A stretch of DNA of 64,000 bases from the IMG/VR virus record IMGVR_UViG_3300035208_006730; one strand, given 5' to 3'. Positions within the stretch are counted from its first letter, which is position 1, and every line of letters begins with the position of its first letter. The notes under the pieces are model-generated. The model saw nothing but the letters and a program-made list of their open reading frames with translations, did no database searches and was not told where the DNA came from. The translations under genes and the position numbers were made by a program. Below, piece by piece: positions 56,662-64,000 of this stretch. Origin of the DNA: a virus. Its lineage: Duplodnaviria > Caudoviricetes.

Positions 56662-57390
56662 CTATGCTTTTTGGATACCAAGTTGGATGACTAGTTCAGT
56701 CATCGTTTTCGTACTAACCGTTTGAAGCTTTTCCGTTCTCACAAAATAGTCAACTGGCCGACCATAAATTTTATTATCGTTTACGGTCAACACAATCTCG
56801 CCCTTGCTACCCCAATAGATTACGCGATTTATCCCCTGAGACGTGAACCACCATGCGTAATTGTCCATCACATTTTCGAGCCACAACATCCTGTCGAAAG
56901 CTTGCCAACTTACTTTCGCCCAACAGATGAGACGGACTATGTGGTCAAAATGTTTTCCAAGGATAGCTAGTCGATATCCAGGAGCATTAGGATCTTCGAT
57001 TTCTTCACGGAGGATAGGGCGTAGATTTCTAACCTCCTGTTTCATCGGTGATCCTTGATCGAATCCGCCTGGATCTCTTTCGACTACTGCGAACGTAATA
57101 CGCTCCAATTCAGTCGTTGAATTCGGAGCTTCATAACTAAAATTAACTAATTGTCGAGCCTTTTCTCTAGTTTGAGCATTCTCTATTGCCTGTTTAACAA
57201 GTAAAGAAAACTCTCGAATATCTTTTGCGGCTGTAGGCGTTTGCATTCTGCGATCATCTTGATTCGCATCCAGTCTACTTGTCGCCACATTGGAATTGGC
57301 AATATTAGTAATAAGTGAAGAATACAGTTTTTCAACAGTAATTCTCGCATTTGTTTCGAGAAGGTCTGCTGAAAAAGGAGCTTCTTGCAC
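56662..57390 (-). CDS. Putative tail completion/terminator or neck protein
   Basis: Directly upstream of sheath; GTG start with AGGGG RBS; FDHIVRLICWAK...RPVDYFVRTE. Confidence 0.5.
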   Translation of the reverse strand: MQEAPFSADLLETNARITVEKLYSSLITNIANSNVATSRLDANQDDRRMQTPTAAKDIREFSLLVKQAIENAQTREKARQLVNFSYEAPNSTTELERITFAVVERDPGGFDQGSPMKQEVRNLRPILREEIEDPNAPGYRLAILGKHFDHIVRLICWAKVSWQAFDRMLWLENVMDNYAWWFTSQGINRVIYWGSKGEIVLTVNDNKIYGRPVDYFVRTEKLQTVSTKTMTELVIQLGIQKA

Positions 57391-57391
57391 T

Positions 57392-57991
57392 TTATCCCCT
57401 CGACGTTAAAGGTAACATCTTATCCTGATAAGCAAGCACTTTCCAATACTCGAGTCGTCCGTCATCCAGTCGCAGGTCATTCAGTGTCCCAAATCTGTAG
57501 ATTGACCTACGTTGATACGGAAGTATTGGTAATCCTTCCTTATCTAAAACCAATTCTATCAGCTTATCATCAAGTGTCAAATCTTCTGAATAGGCAATAT
57601 AAAAGATTTTTATAGGAATATTAAGGGTTCCTGGCTTCGTAAGTGATTCGTTGAGACTTTTTGCACTATCGTATCCTGGCTCCCAACGGTAAAAGTCAAT
57701 GAGAGTTTCATCCCATAGATTACCTTCACCACTACAATAAGGACAGGGCGTTGTCTTATCAGGTTCTCCTGAGGCTGAATCGTTACAACTGCATTTAATT
57801 AACTTTCCTAAGGAATCTCTTCTCATCGTCCGAATAACGCCATTTTGACGTTTCTTTTCTTCAGAGAAAAGGCCTTGCAAAGTATTGATTAATTCATTCC
57901 TAATGCTAATTTCACTAGAAACTGACGAATAGATATCTAATGGATTATTTTTAGACGATTTTGAGTAAAGATTGTCAAGATAGGTCTTCAT
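57392..57991 (-). CDS. Putative head closure/neck protein with Zn-binding motif
   Basis: CSC...PDKTTPCPYCSGEG; DGRLEYW; position in neck region. Confidence 0.55.
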   Translation of the reverse strand: MKTYLDNLYSKSSKNNPLDIYSSVSSEISIRNELINTLQGLFSEEKKRQNGVIRTMRRDSLGKLIKCSCNDSASGEPDKTTPCPYCSGEGNLWDETLIDFYRWEPGYDSAKSLNESLTKPGTLNIPIKIFYIAYSEDLTLDDKLIELVLDKEGLPILPYQRRSIYRFGTLNDLRLDDGRLEYWKVLAYQDKMLPLTSRG

Positions 57992-58978
57992 TTACCACCT
58001 ACTTTTAAATCCAGTTAACCAACGTCGATGACCAGCTTCTTTTCTTTTAGAATTGGCCACTGGAATACGGCGCGAAGTATTAGATTCTTCATCTAAAGCT
58101 TTCCATAATCGAGCAATGATTGGACGGTCTGGATCATGTTCTCCTTTGATAACATTTCTGGGAGTTTGTGTTTTTTGACCACCGGTATTAACCTGAATCT
58201 CCCATTTTTGAAGACATGCTGCTACACGATCCAAAAGAGCATCAACGGCTCTATCATTGTAAGTTACAGAAAAGTCGCCTAAAGACTTAGATTTTGTAGT
58301 TTGAAGTCCAGGCCCATTCAATGCAAGATTTGCGGCGGCGCGACATGTCGCCCATTCTCTGCGCGCATGCTCGTAAAATGCCGAATTAAGATGTCTCGCA
58401 AAAGTAATCGCATCTGCCTCGAGACTTGCTTCGAGGATAGAAAGATAGATTGCGTTACTTGGAACTCCCCTAATTGCACTTCCTACCTCAATTCTAACCT
58501 TCATTTCATCTGTGTAAATTGGCGAGATTTCAGTTAAAAATGAAAACTGATACTCATCTTCAAGGCTTGTCCCGTCTGTAGCTAGAATTCCAGAATTAAC
58601 AATAACATCAACCCAATTATTGAGATTAATTTGTCCTGGTAAACTTTCCCATATTCCGCTTGCAGAAACTTCAAAAGAAAAAATTCCAGAAAGAGTCTGA
58701 CCATTCAGTTTGCCAACCCAAACATCAATCCAATCTCCATCTGGACCGTCTTCTGGAGGGGTAAAATCGGCTTCAAAAATTCCTTCTTCCCAATAAGTTG
58801 GAACTAGGGTATCAACGGCATTGGATGAGTCTGCAAGGAATGCATCAAGATCTTCTCCAGTCAAAGAGGTTGGTTCAAATATGTAAGTGAGAACTCCACT
58901 CGCTTGAGCTGGATCATTGAGGTCATCAAGCATCTTTGCTCGAAGAACTATTTCGTTCCCTGCACGGACACCTCTCAT
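57992..58978 (-). CDS. Putative head-tail adaptor with N-terminal Ig-like domain
   Basis: KSKSLGDFSVTY adaptor-like motif; GIFEADFT...GDWIDVW. Start moved to MRGVRAG (58978), which has a GGAGG RBS. Confidence 0.55.
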   Translation of the reverse strand: MRGVRAGNEIVLRAKMLDDLNDPAQASGVLTYIFEPTSLTGEDLDAFLADSSNAVDTLVPTYWEEGIFEADFTPPEDGPDGDWIDVWVGKLNGQTLSGIFSFEVSASGIWESLPGQINLNNWVDVIVNSGILATDGTSLEDEYQFSFLTEISPIYTDEMKVRIEVGSAIRGVPSNAIYLSILEASLEADAITFARHLNSAFYEHARREWATCRAAANLALNGPGLQTTKSKSLGDFSVTYNDRAVDALLDRVAACLQKWEIQVNTGGQKTQTPRNVIKGEHDPDRPIIARLWKALDEESNTSRRIPVANSKRKEAGHRRWLTGFKSRW

Positions 58979-58991
58979 TTTAGACCTCCAG

Positions 58992-59159
58992 TTATGCTGC
59001 CCACTTAATTGCACCATATCTTGCACCGAGATCAAGTATCTGAAAGTTGCCATTTATCCAGTTTACAGTTTGAGTTGTTCCGGTAGGCACCATTGTTGCG
59101 GGAATTGTATGGCTAATTTGTTTTGAAAATATTAATGATTGAGCGAATTTACGAGTCAT
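58992..59159 (-). CDS. Small 55-aa ORF, possibly a truncated fibre-domain remnant (not in ORF track)
   Basis: MTRKFAQSLIFSKQISHTIPATMVPTGTTQTVNWINGNFQILDLGARYGAIKWAA; fills the gap between two genes; AGGA upstream. Confidence 0.55.
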   Translation of the reverse strand: MTRKFAQSLIFSKQISHTIPATMVPTGTTQTVNWINGNFQILDLGARYGAIKWAA

Positions 59160-59168
59160 TGTATTTTC

Positions 59169-60743
59169 CTAGGTAAGTCTCTTGAGTTCTGAACCAGCAG
59201 ATCCCTCAACCGTACTTCCTGCGTTAGCGAAATCACCGGCCCAAGTATAGTCAACAGCATCAACGTTACAATTTGTTGTTCCGCCCATACCTGAGGGGGC
59301 ATTAAGGGCCAAAAAGCCACCGCTAGAAATTCGAGCACCAAAGGTATTTCCAGAACAATTTAGAAATGTTCCAGAACCGCCTACTTGACAGAAAGCTCCA
59401 ACATTAGAAATAACGGCGTAAGCATCTGTGCATTTAAAGTGATTAAACATATGGATTTGAGCTAGACCGCCCTCGAAACATCCTAACTGAAGAGCAACTC
59501 CAGTCCCAGATGTAACTGCTCTAAAGTTGTAACTTCCGAGTTTCAGATAAGAACCAGCGATAGAAATTCCATACTTAGAGTTGTTTCCGGTCGTATCATA
59601 AATTGTCAATTTACTAATATCAGCTATTCCGCCGCCGATTAATTTAATTGCAGCTGAAGCTCCACCTCCCGAATTTGCTTTGATAAAACAACCTCGAGAG
59701 TATAGATAACAACTATCGTCTGTATGGATTACATTGGCGCCTGCGCCCTCGCTTGAAGGAACAAAGCAACATTCATAAAGCTTAATTGGATTCGAAACAA
59801 CTTGACCATAGGACATGAAAAAGTTTGTATCTGCAGCAAGATATCCAATGCAGTTTTTAAACTCTAGAGCTCCATTGCCGGTTCCAGTATTCGATTCAGC
59901 AAATCCAAGACCATCTTTACCGAACTGGATGTTTCTGAATTCAATGTCGGCATTTAATCCAGCTTTGCCTCGAGCAACTTCAATCCCATACCATTGATAT
60001 TCTCCTGAGGCGAAGGCGGCAATGCCAATTGCTTTTGGTTCAACAATTGTGAATCTCATAGCAAGACCAGAAGCAGAGAAATATTCAGCTGGAACCTCCA
60101 GTGTTGTTGAAGTATTAGAACAAATTGGAATCTTGTAACCAGTGTAGAATCCACTAGTCACGTCCATTAATTTACCTTGAAATTCGTTTGTTACCCAGTC
60201 GCTTCCAGTACTTCTAACGAAATAGTCGAGCCCAGAAGTAGTTCCAGCTTGTTCAGGCTCTAGTTCCGTATTGTTGCGCCCGACAAAATAGATTCGCCCA
60301 TTCTGAAGAAACGCATCGTTCATATTTCCAGAAGGAACCGTATTGGCCACTATGGAACTATCTACTGTATAAAAGCTCTTATTGATTGCAAGCCATGCTG
60401 TCTCGAGATATGTTCCATCATTCCCGACGTTGCCTTCAACTCCAGGATGTTCTCCATCTTCTAGGTTGACAATGACGTACGGCCCAATTCCGTTTGGCAG
60501 AATATCTAAAGCATATTGAGCCCTTTTTAATGGGCCACCCAAAGCATCGTATTCTGTTTGATTTGTAACTAGGGTCCCACTTGGAGGAATTATTCCCGTT
60601 GCATCGTCTACTGACATTACAATATTTGTAGTAGTTCTTAATACGGAGAACTCTCTAACTGCTGCTTCGTCCACACCTGAAGGATCAACTCCTAAAATAG
60701 CGTGGTCGGTGATATGGTCAACTAGTCTTTTGCCTATAGACAT
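59169..60743 (-). CDS. Right-handed beta-helix-like virion appendage/decoration protein
   Basis: QYALDILP...VNLEDGEH cap motif, then Gly/Asn/Cys-rich beta repeats. Start moved to MSIGKR (60743), which has an AAGGAG RBS. Confidence 0.55.
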   Translation of the reverse strand: MSIGKRLVDHITDHAILGVDPSGVDEAAVREFSVLRTTTNIVMSVDDATGIIPPSGTLVTNQTEYDALGGPLKRAQYALDILPNGIGPYVIVNLEDGEHPGVEGNVGNDGTYLETAWLAINKSFYTVDSSIVANTVPSGNMNDAFLQNGRIYFVGRNNTELEPEQAGTTSGLDYFVRSTGSDWVTNEFQGKLMDVTSGFYTGYKIPICSNTSTTLEVPAEYFSASGLAMRFTIVEPKAIGIAAFASGEYQWYGIEVARGKAGLNADIEFRNIQFGKDGLGFAESNTGTGNGALEFKNCIGYLAADTNFFMSYGQVVSNPIKLYECCFVPSSEGAGANVIHTDDSCYLYSRGCFIKANSGGGASAAIKLIGGGIADISKLTIYDTTGNNSKYGISIAGSYLKLGSYNFRAVTSGTGVALQLGCFEGGLAQIHMFNHFKCTDAYAVISNVGAFCQVGGSGTFLNCSGNTFGARISSGGFLALNAPSGMGGTTNCNVDAVDYTWAGDFANAGSTVEGSAGSELKRLT

Positions 60744-60753
60744 TGATATCTCC

Positions 60754-61155
60754 TTAAACAGTCGTTCCAATGATAGGAAGATCTGCCATATTCACCGTGA
60801 TAGAGCCCAAGGTTGCATTAATTAGCCAAGTTGCAGTTAGATAACTCCCGGAGTTTTCAGTAAAACTTGTAAAATCTCCAATCATTTGGATTTCTGCAAC
60901 GACCCTAGAAGCTCCAGTATCTAAGCTAAAAATTTTCGGACTAACTTCCCTAGAGTTCTGAAGTAAACGACCAGTTACGGTAGATTCTCCTCCGATAATG
61001 GGAGTCATAGCAGGAAGAGCCGAAAATTCGTAGGTAACCTCATCTATTCGAAGAACGTCACCAGCGGCATTTTTGTAGATTCTATTTAGAGAGCCAACAC
61101 CAACCTTATCTGGACGATAGGTGCAAGGAATAAAGAAGCGATACATGTCGACCAT
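60754..61155 (-). CDS. Hypothetical protein
   Basis: In-operon ORF with AGGAG RBS; no recognised motif. Confidence 0.6.
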   Translation of the reverse strand: MVDMYRFFIPCTYRPDKVGVGSLNRIYKNAAGDVLRIDEVTYEFSALPAMTPIIGGESTVTGRLLQNSREVSPKIFSLDTGASRVVAEIQMIGDFTSFTENSGSYLTATWLINATLGSITVNMADLPIIGTTV

Positions 61156-61164
61156 TTTGAACTC

Positions 61165-62181
61165 CTACAAAAGGATTTTAAGTGTTTTTCCAGTAACAAC
61201 AAGACGTTTTGACAGTTCTCCATTCGCCGTTACATCTGCAGCTGGATGCGAAGTGGCACTATTTGCGATAATAGTAACACTATCGTCTGTAACGGATGAA
61301 GAATCAATGTCTTTATTGAATTCTATTGTGATCTCTAGATTCTCTGGATCGACTTGAGCTTCTCTATTTTCTGGAGATGTTTTTTCTACATGAAATGGCT
61401 CGTCTGATTTTTCCCAAAGAGCAGAAAGAATACTTGTGCTTGTTGTTGAAGGTAAAGCAATAATTGTTCCAGTTCCTGTTTCAAACGTCCAGGTTAGATG
61501 ACCTTCATAAACAGTTCCCTCAGTTAAGGTGGCAGAATACAAATCGTCGACTTCAAATTCTCCATCTTCAAATTTTACTGAGACCCCATCTTTGAGGAGA
61601 ACTTCGCCTCTCCTTGTTGAAAGAACTGGACCATGAAGAGTAAATGGATCTGAATCCATATACCAAGTAAACTTAGCGATACCAGCTACTCCTGAGGTAG
61701 TTGCGCGAAGATTTATTGTATCTGACGTACCTTCCCAAGTCCCATTAAAGGTTAGTTCGCCATTTCCAACGTTTCCTACACCAGGAGCTCCAGTCACAAT
61801 TGAATTTGCAGGAACATCAAATAGATGAGCAGTATATTCGGTAGAAGCCTTCAGTGGTTGACTGGGAGTAAAAGTTAAAATTGTACTATTTATCCCAGAA
61901 ACTACGGTGATTTCTCCTGCTACTATTCCATGATATCCGGCAGACTCGAGGAAATCTGGCATTTGACCGAGATGCTCGCCCCAAATATTTTGGGGAAGTT
62001 CAACGTGAGAATCTGGCCCTATTACAACATCATAATCAGGTCCTTCCAGGCAGAAAGACTTTTTTAGATACTCCTCGTCCATCACAAGAGAAAACTCTAC
62101 AGTAATAGTAGAACGTAATGGGACGCTAAGAGCCCCAGAGGGAGGAGAATAGTCAGAGATGATGTCGATGAGATTGGCCAT
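61165..62181 (-). CDS. Ig-like (Big_5-type) domain structural protein
   Basis: SPPSGALSVPLRSTITVEFS...LTFTPSQPLKASTEYT; second copy TSPENREAQV....ITIEFNKDIDSSSV. Confidence 0.75.
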   Translation of the reverse strand: MANLIDIISDYSPPSGALSVPLRSTITVEFSLVMDEEYLKKSFCLEGPDYDVVIGPDSHVELPQNIWGEHLGQMPDFLESAGYHGIVAGEITVVSGINSTILTFTPSQPLKASTEYTAHLFDVPANSIVTGAPGVGNVGNGELTFNGTWEGTSDTINLRATTSGVAGIAKFTWYMDSDPFTLHGPVLSTRRGEVLLKDGVSVKFEDGEFEVDDLYSATLTEGTVYEGHLTWTFETGTGTIIALPSTTSTSILSALWEKSDEPFHVEKTSPENREAQVDPENLEITIEFNKDIDSSSVTDDSVTIIANSATSHPAADVTANGELSKRLVVTGKTLKILL

Positions 62182-62182
62182 T

Positions 62183-62797
62183 TTATTCCTCGGAAATTAC
62201 TCCATTCGGATCCAATGTTTCGTACATCTCTTCGCAGGTTATGTCCGCTAAACCTTTATCGCCAGAGGCTTTCATTTCTTGATTTACTTTACCGCTAATG
62301 GTTGCGAAATTGGCAGAATTAATTGCATCTATCTTACCGTTTAGATAAGAAATAACTGCTTTTCTCTTTGAGCCAATACGTTCCAATTTCCTCATCTCTT
62401 CTAAAAGAAATACAGTAGAAATTTCATCAATATTTTGCTTTACAACTTCTACTTTGTTGCGAAGTTTCGCTACCAATTCAGCACGTTGATCGTCTTTAAT
62501 CTTTTGCCTTTTCTCTAAAACTTGGCCCTTTAACTGTTCTTTCTTTTCTTCGATAATTTTTTGAATAGGATTCAACGGAGCTTTGACTTCTGGTAACGCT
62601 GTTTTGAGAAGGGGATGATCGGGTAAAGGTTCGGACCCGCTTAATCTTCTAGAGTCAATTGATTTCTTTACAATGAGATATTCGTCAAGTGGCATATTAA
62701 TTGGATCTATCGATTGCTCTGGTGTAATACCATTCAAATAAACCCTTGATTTGAAAAGAATCATCATGTCTTTTGTGTTTGTGAGTCTAATCTTCAT
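62183..62797 (-). CDS. Hypothetical protein downstream of the capsid gene
   Basis: AAGGAG RBS; charged helical protein with E...KRKAVISYL segment. Confidence 0.6.
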   Translation of the reverse strand: MKIRLTNTKDMMILFKSRVYLNGITPEQSIDPINMPLDEYLIVKKSIDSRRLSGSEPLPDHPLLKTALPEVKAPLNPIQKIIEEKKEQLKGQVLEKRQKIKDDQRAELVAKLRNKVEVVKQNIDEISTVFLLEEMRKLERIGSKRKAVISYLNGKIDAINSANFATISGKVNQEMKASGDKGLADITCEEMYETLDPNGVISEE

Positions 62798-62820
62798 TAT
62801 TTTCTCCTTAGCGTGGATAG

Positions 62821-62847
62821 AACTGGAGGAAGTTATTTCCTCCAGTT
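62821..62847 (-). terminator. Hairpin after the capsid gene (weak terminator or stabiliser)
   Basis: Perfect 11-bp inverted repeat AACTGGAGGAA / TTCCTCCAGTT with 5-nt loop; poor U-tract on the minus strand. Confidence 0.6.
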
Positions 62848-62874
62848 TAGTTTAGCATATTTGGGGAATTGAAA

Positions 62875-64000
62875 CTAGACTACAGCGGTAGTGGCAGAAA
62901 GAGTAGCGAGATTTGAGCCTGACACATCAATGGTAGCTTGAGCAGGTAGCACGAGTTCATTCGCTGTAACCTTGACGTTTTTAGCGACTACAGTCTGGAG
63001 ACCATCATGCAACTGGAACATCGAGTAACGTTCTCTGAGTTTGATTTTGGTCATGTCGTTTTTCGGATCAGTCCACTCTTCTGTGGTCACTTCTTCGTCA
63101 ACGACAAGAGCGCCAAGTTCATTCGCATCGCACAAAATCACGTCAGTGAGCATGTTGTCGACATCGAAACGCACGAACGGCGAAACGACCATTCGGAATG
63201 GGAAACCAAAATAACTTGGAATAGAAGGTGCCGAATTCATTTGCGGATTGTACTCAGTCAGCGCGCTAGGCGTTAACGAAGCAGAATTGCCGCCAGGAAT
63301 AATGGCTTGACCTGCTGTTCCACCGATGCCACCTTGAATGGCACTTTGCCATGCTTGTTGATTGACATTGCCCTGCCATCCCTGGAAGAACGAGCCGCCA
63401 CCAGAGGCAAGAGCGAAAGCGCGCATGATGGGATCTTTAATGAAGGCGACCCACATTAAAGGATGGACGATCATGCAGTTGGGCACAAAGCCCTGCGTCA
63501 TCAGAATGGCGAACATATCAAAAATGTCATCCATAATCATGGAGCCGTTACCAGTGCCGTTCAAAGCCCGACCAGTAGTAGGACCCTTGATTGACGAGGT
63601 AGGATTGGTGTTGTCGAAAGCAACAGTACCAGCATTGAGGATCATGTTGGCAACTTTCACTTCTTTCCAACGTGCTAGAGCTCTACCAGCAGCACGGAGC
63701 ATCAAACCGATGAGGTCGAATTGAGAATACCTAATCATCTCTTCGCTGACTTTGACGGCCAAACCTGATTTACCAATCGTGCAGGTCTTGCTTCCGCTTG
63801 CCGTGTCGATTGATTGCTCCTTGTATTCTCCGCTTTCACCGATATCCGAAGCTTCAAAGGCACCAATCGCTCCGTAGGTGATCGTTTGACCAACTGAATA
63901 GTTGATACGAGTCAAGAGAGGAGTGAGGGTAAGAATAGGTTCGATAGCTTCACGAACAATATTCGTAATCACTTTGGGGAGAAGGGTACTCGCATTGTGC
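62875..64000 (-). CDS. Major capsid protein (HK97-fold; partial, N-terminus lies beyond right edge)
   Basis: Frame is open to the window edge (..STLLPKVITNIVREAIEP); IGKSGLAVKVSEEMIRYSQFD, IVHPLMW, KIKLRERY; heads the structural operon. Confidence 0.88.
   Translation of the reverse strand, partial: HNASTLLPKVITNIVREAIEPILTLTPLLTRINYSVGQTITYGAIGAFEASDIGESGEYKEQSIDTASGSKTCTIGKSGLAVKVSEEMIRYSQFDLIGLMLRAAGRALARWKEVKVANMILNAGTVAFDNTNPTSSIKGPTTGRALNGTGNGSMIMDDIFDMFAILMTQGFVPNCMIVHPLMWVAFIKDPIMRAFALASGGGSFFQGWQGNVNQQAWQSAIQGGIGGTAGQAIIPGGNSASLTPSALTEYNPQMNSAPSIPSYFGFPFRMVVSPFVRFDVDNMLTDVILCDANELGALVVDEEVTTEEWTDPKNDMTKIKLRERYSMFQLHDGLQTVVAKNVKVTANELVLPAQATIDVSGSNLATLSATTAVV

Noticed and set aside
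28930-57390. Extracellular contractile injection system or tailocin
   Set aside because: A major capsid protein and head-neck genes are in the same operon, indicating a phage.
3899-63724. Numerous 60-120 aa plus-strand and nested ORFs in the ORF track
   Set aside because: All lie within long minus-strand genes and show no recognisable motifs; treated as shadow ORFs.
1-64000. Stop-codon reassignment as seen in some large phages
   Set aside because: Genes are long and contiguous in code 11, and TAA, TAG and TGA all end genes at tight junctions.
1-64000. CRISPR array, tRNA/rRNA genes, diversity-generating retroelement
   Set aside because: No repeat-spacer array, no intergenic room for RNA genes, and no reverse transcriptase or TR/VR pair seen by eye. 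A covariance or repeat search was not run.

Overview
A 64-kb segment of a large contractile-tailed (myovirus-like) phage genome. All credible genes are on the minus strand, tightly packed and in the standard genetic code. Read from right to left it encodes: major capsid protein (partial), head/neck and Ig-like proteins, tail sheath, several tail-tube paralogues and a probable chaperone. Three very large proteins follow at the tape-measure position: a hydrophobic protein with two inteins, a 1445-aa protein with a full ordered set of two-barrel RNA polymerase motifs (DG, KxxGxKG, RHP, ADFDGD), and a hub-like protein with an M23 peptidase. Next come baseplate and fibre genes, then an adjoining glycan biosynthesis cluster (GT9, two GT4, Gmd, a GT-A-like enzyme, two methyltransferases, WbqC, a beta-propeller hydrolase-like protein, a GNAT) that runs off the left edge. 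There are four LAGLIDADG inteins and one free-standing LAGLIDADG endonuclease. Main hypotheses: (1) a single-subunit, probably virion-delivered RNA polymerase encoded in the tail module; (2) a phage-encoded virion glycosylation system, with a recurrent T-x-S-G / S-G motif in outer structural proteins as the candidate acceptor sequon; (3) a recurring TTCC-type promoter. All calls come from motif recognition by eye; no searches were run.
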